From: Hypanus sabinus
Taxonomy: Eukaryota
Direction of reading: 5' to 3'
Length of the DNA: 64,000 nt
Assembly (NCBI RefSeq): GCF_030144855.1
Contig: NC_082723.1
Span: forward strand, 63,426,001 to 63,490,000
Below, one piece after another: positions 63,144-64,000 of this stretch. How positions within the stretch are numbered: position 1 is the first letter of the stretch; each line of letters begins with the position of its first letter. A program made the translations under genes and the position numbers. Under the pieces are notes generated by a model. That model was not told the DNA's origin and did not search any database. It worked only from the letters and a program-made list of their open reading frames with translations.

Positions 63144-64000
63144 TGAAAGCGGGTCGGAACCTTGCTTAGTGCGGACTTGGGCTTCCAGGCAGCTGGTTAC
63201 TGCAGAGTCAGGTCACCCCATGTCAAAATTTAGCTGGTTTTTGTCGGGATGCTCTGAGGTTCCTTTAACCCGCTATCTTTGCGTTGTGTCAGTGCGGAAT
63301 AAAGCAGAAGATTGGTAAAGGATCAAGAATACACTTTATTCGCTGTTTTGGGAATTTGTTGGGGTGTGTTGGTCAGAGCGCGACATTTACTAATAATAAA
63401 AAAAATTATATAAAATAAAGTTGGAGGTTAAAGTACGGATATGGAATGAATTATATATAAGTACATAAGTGCTAGCAAGTACTTACAGTACAAGCAGCAT
63501 TATAGAAAGTGGTTGAAGTATTTACAGTGCGGCGGTGGGGGGGGGGTTAATAGGCAGAGAAGATCAGATTAACTACGGGGGGGGGGAAGAAACTTTTAAG
63601 ATGGCGTGAAGTATTTATTTTTAATAGCGGGGTTGGCGATAGGTATAAGGCGCCCCTCCCCAATCAGGGTTATGTGAAGCCATGTGGGCAGGTGGTGGGT
63701 ATCATAAGACCTGACGCCAGGCAGACAATCTCTGAAGAGTGTTGACAATAGGGTCAATGTTGTCTTTGGTAAAGACACTGCCCAGAAGAGGGCAATGGCA
63801 AAGCACTTCTGTAGAAACATTTGCAAGGGCAATCATGTTCGTGGAAAGACCACGTTGACCTACGTCACACAACGATAATGATGGCGCTTTCCAGAAGGGA
63901 GCTTTTGGAAAAGGCAGTTTGCAGGGTGGGTCGTGTCCATGGTGATTTTCCTGCCCGCTTCCTTATCTTGGGCACGTACAAGCCTAGCAGTGATGGCAGA

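Overview
Vertebrate genomic DNA; the repeat content (CR1, Rex1/Babar-like, Penelope-type and V-SINE-like elements) suggests a cartilaginous fish, which is an inference. The window holds a complete 16-coding-exon MCM7 gene (+, 17082-44123, 721 aa). Its intron 14 carries the miR-106b~25 cluster (miR-106b, miR-93, an additional miR-19-family hairpin, miR-25) and a possible decayed second miR-19. The first two coding exons of AP4M1 lie on the minus strand (ATG at 3641), separated by a U12-type intron. Between these divergent genes is an uninterrupted 630-aa Buster-type hAT transposase ORF whose ATG is about 500 bp from the MCM7 ATG, head-to-head across the MCM7 CpG-island/E2F promoter; it is a candidate domesticated or promoter-captured transposase. 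The rest is transposon debris: three solo LTRs with target-site duplications (TSDs), a four-level nest (Gypsy > hAT > Tx1/L1 > solo LTR), a Tigger-like element spanning the assembly gap and many LINE fragments. There are also three large minisatellites (30 bp, 21/42 bp palindromic, 35 bp). All comparisons to human or other reference sequences are from memory; no searches were run.
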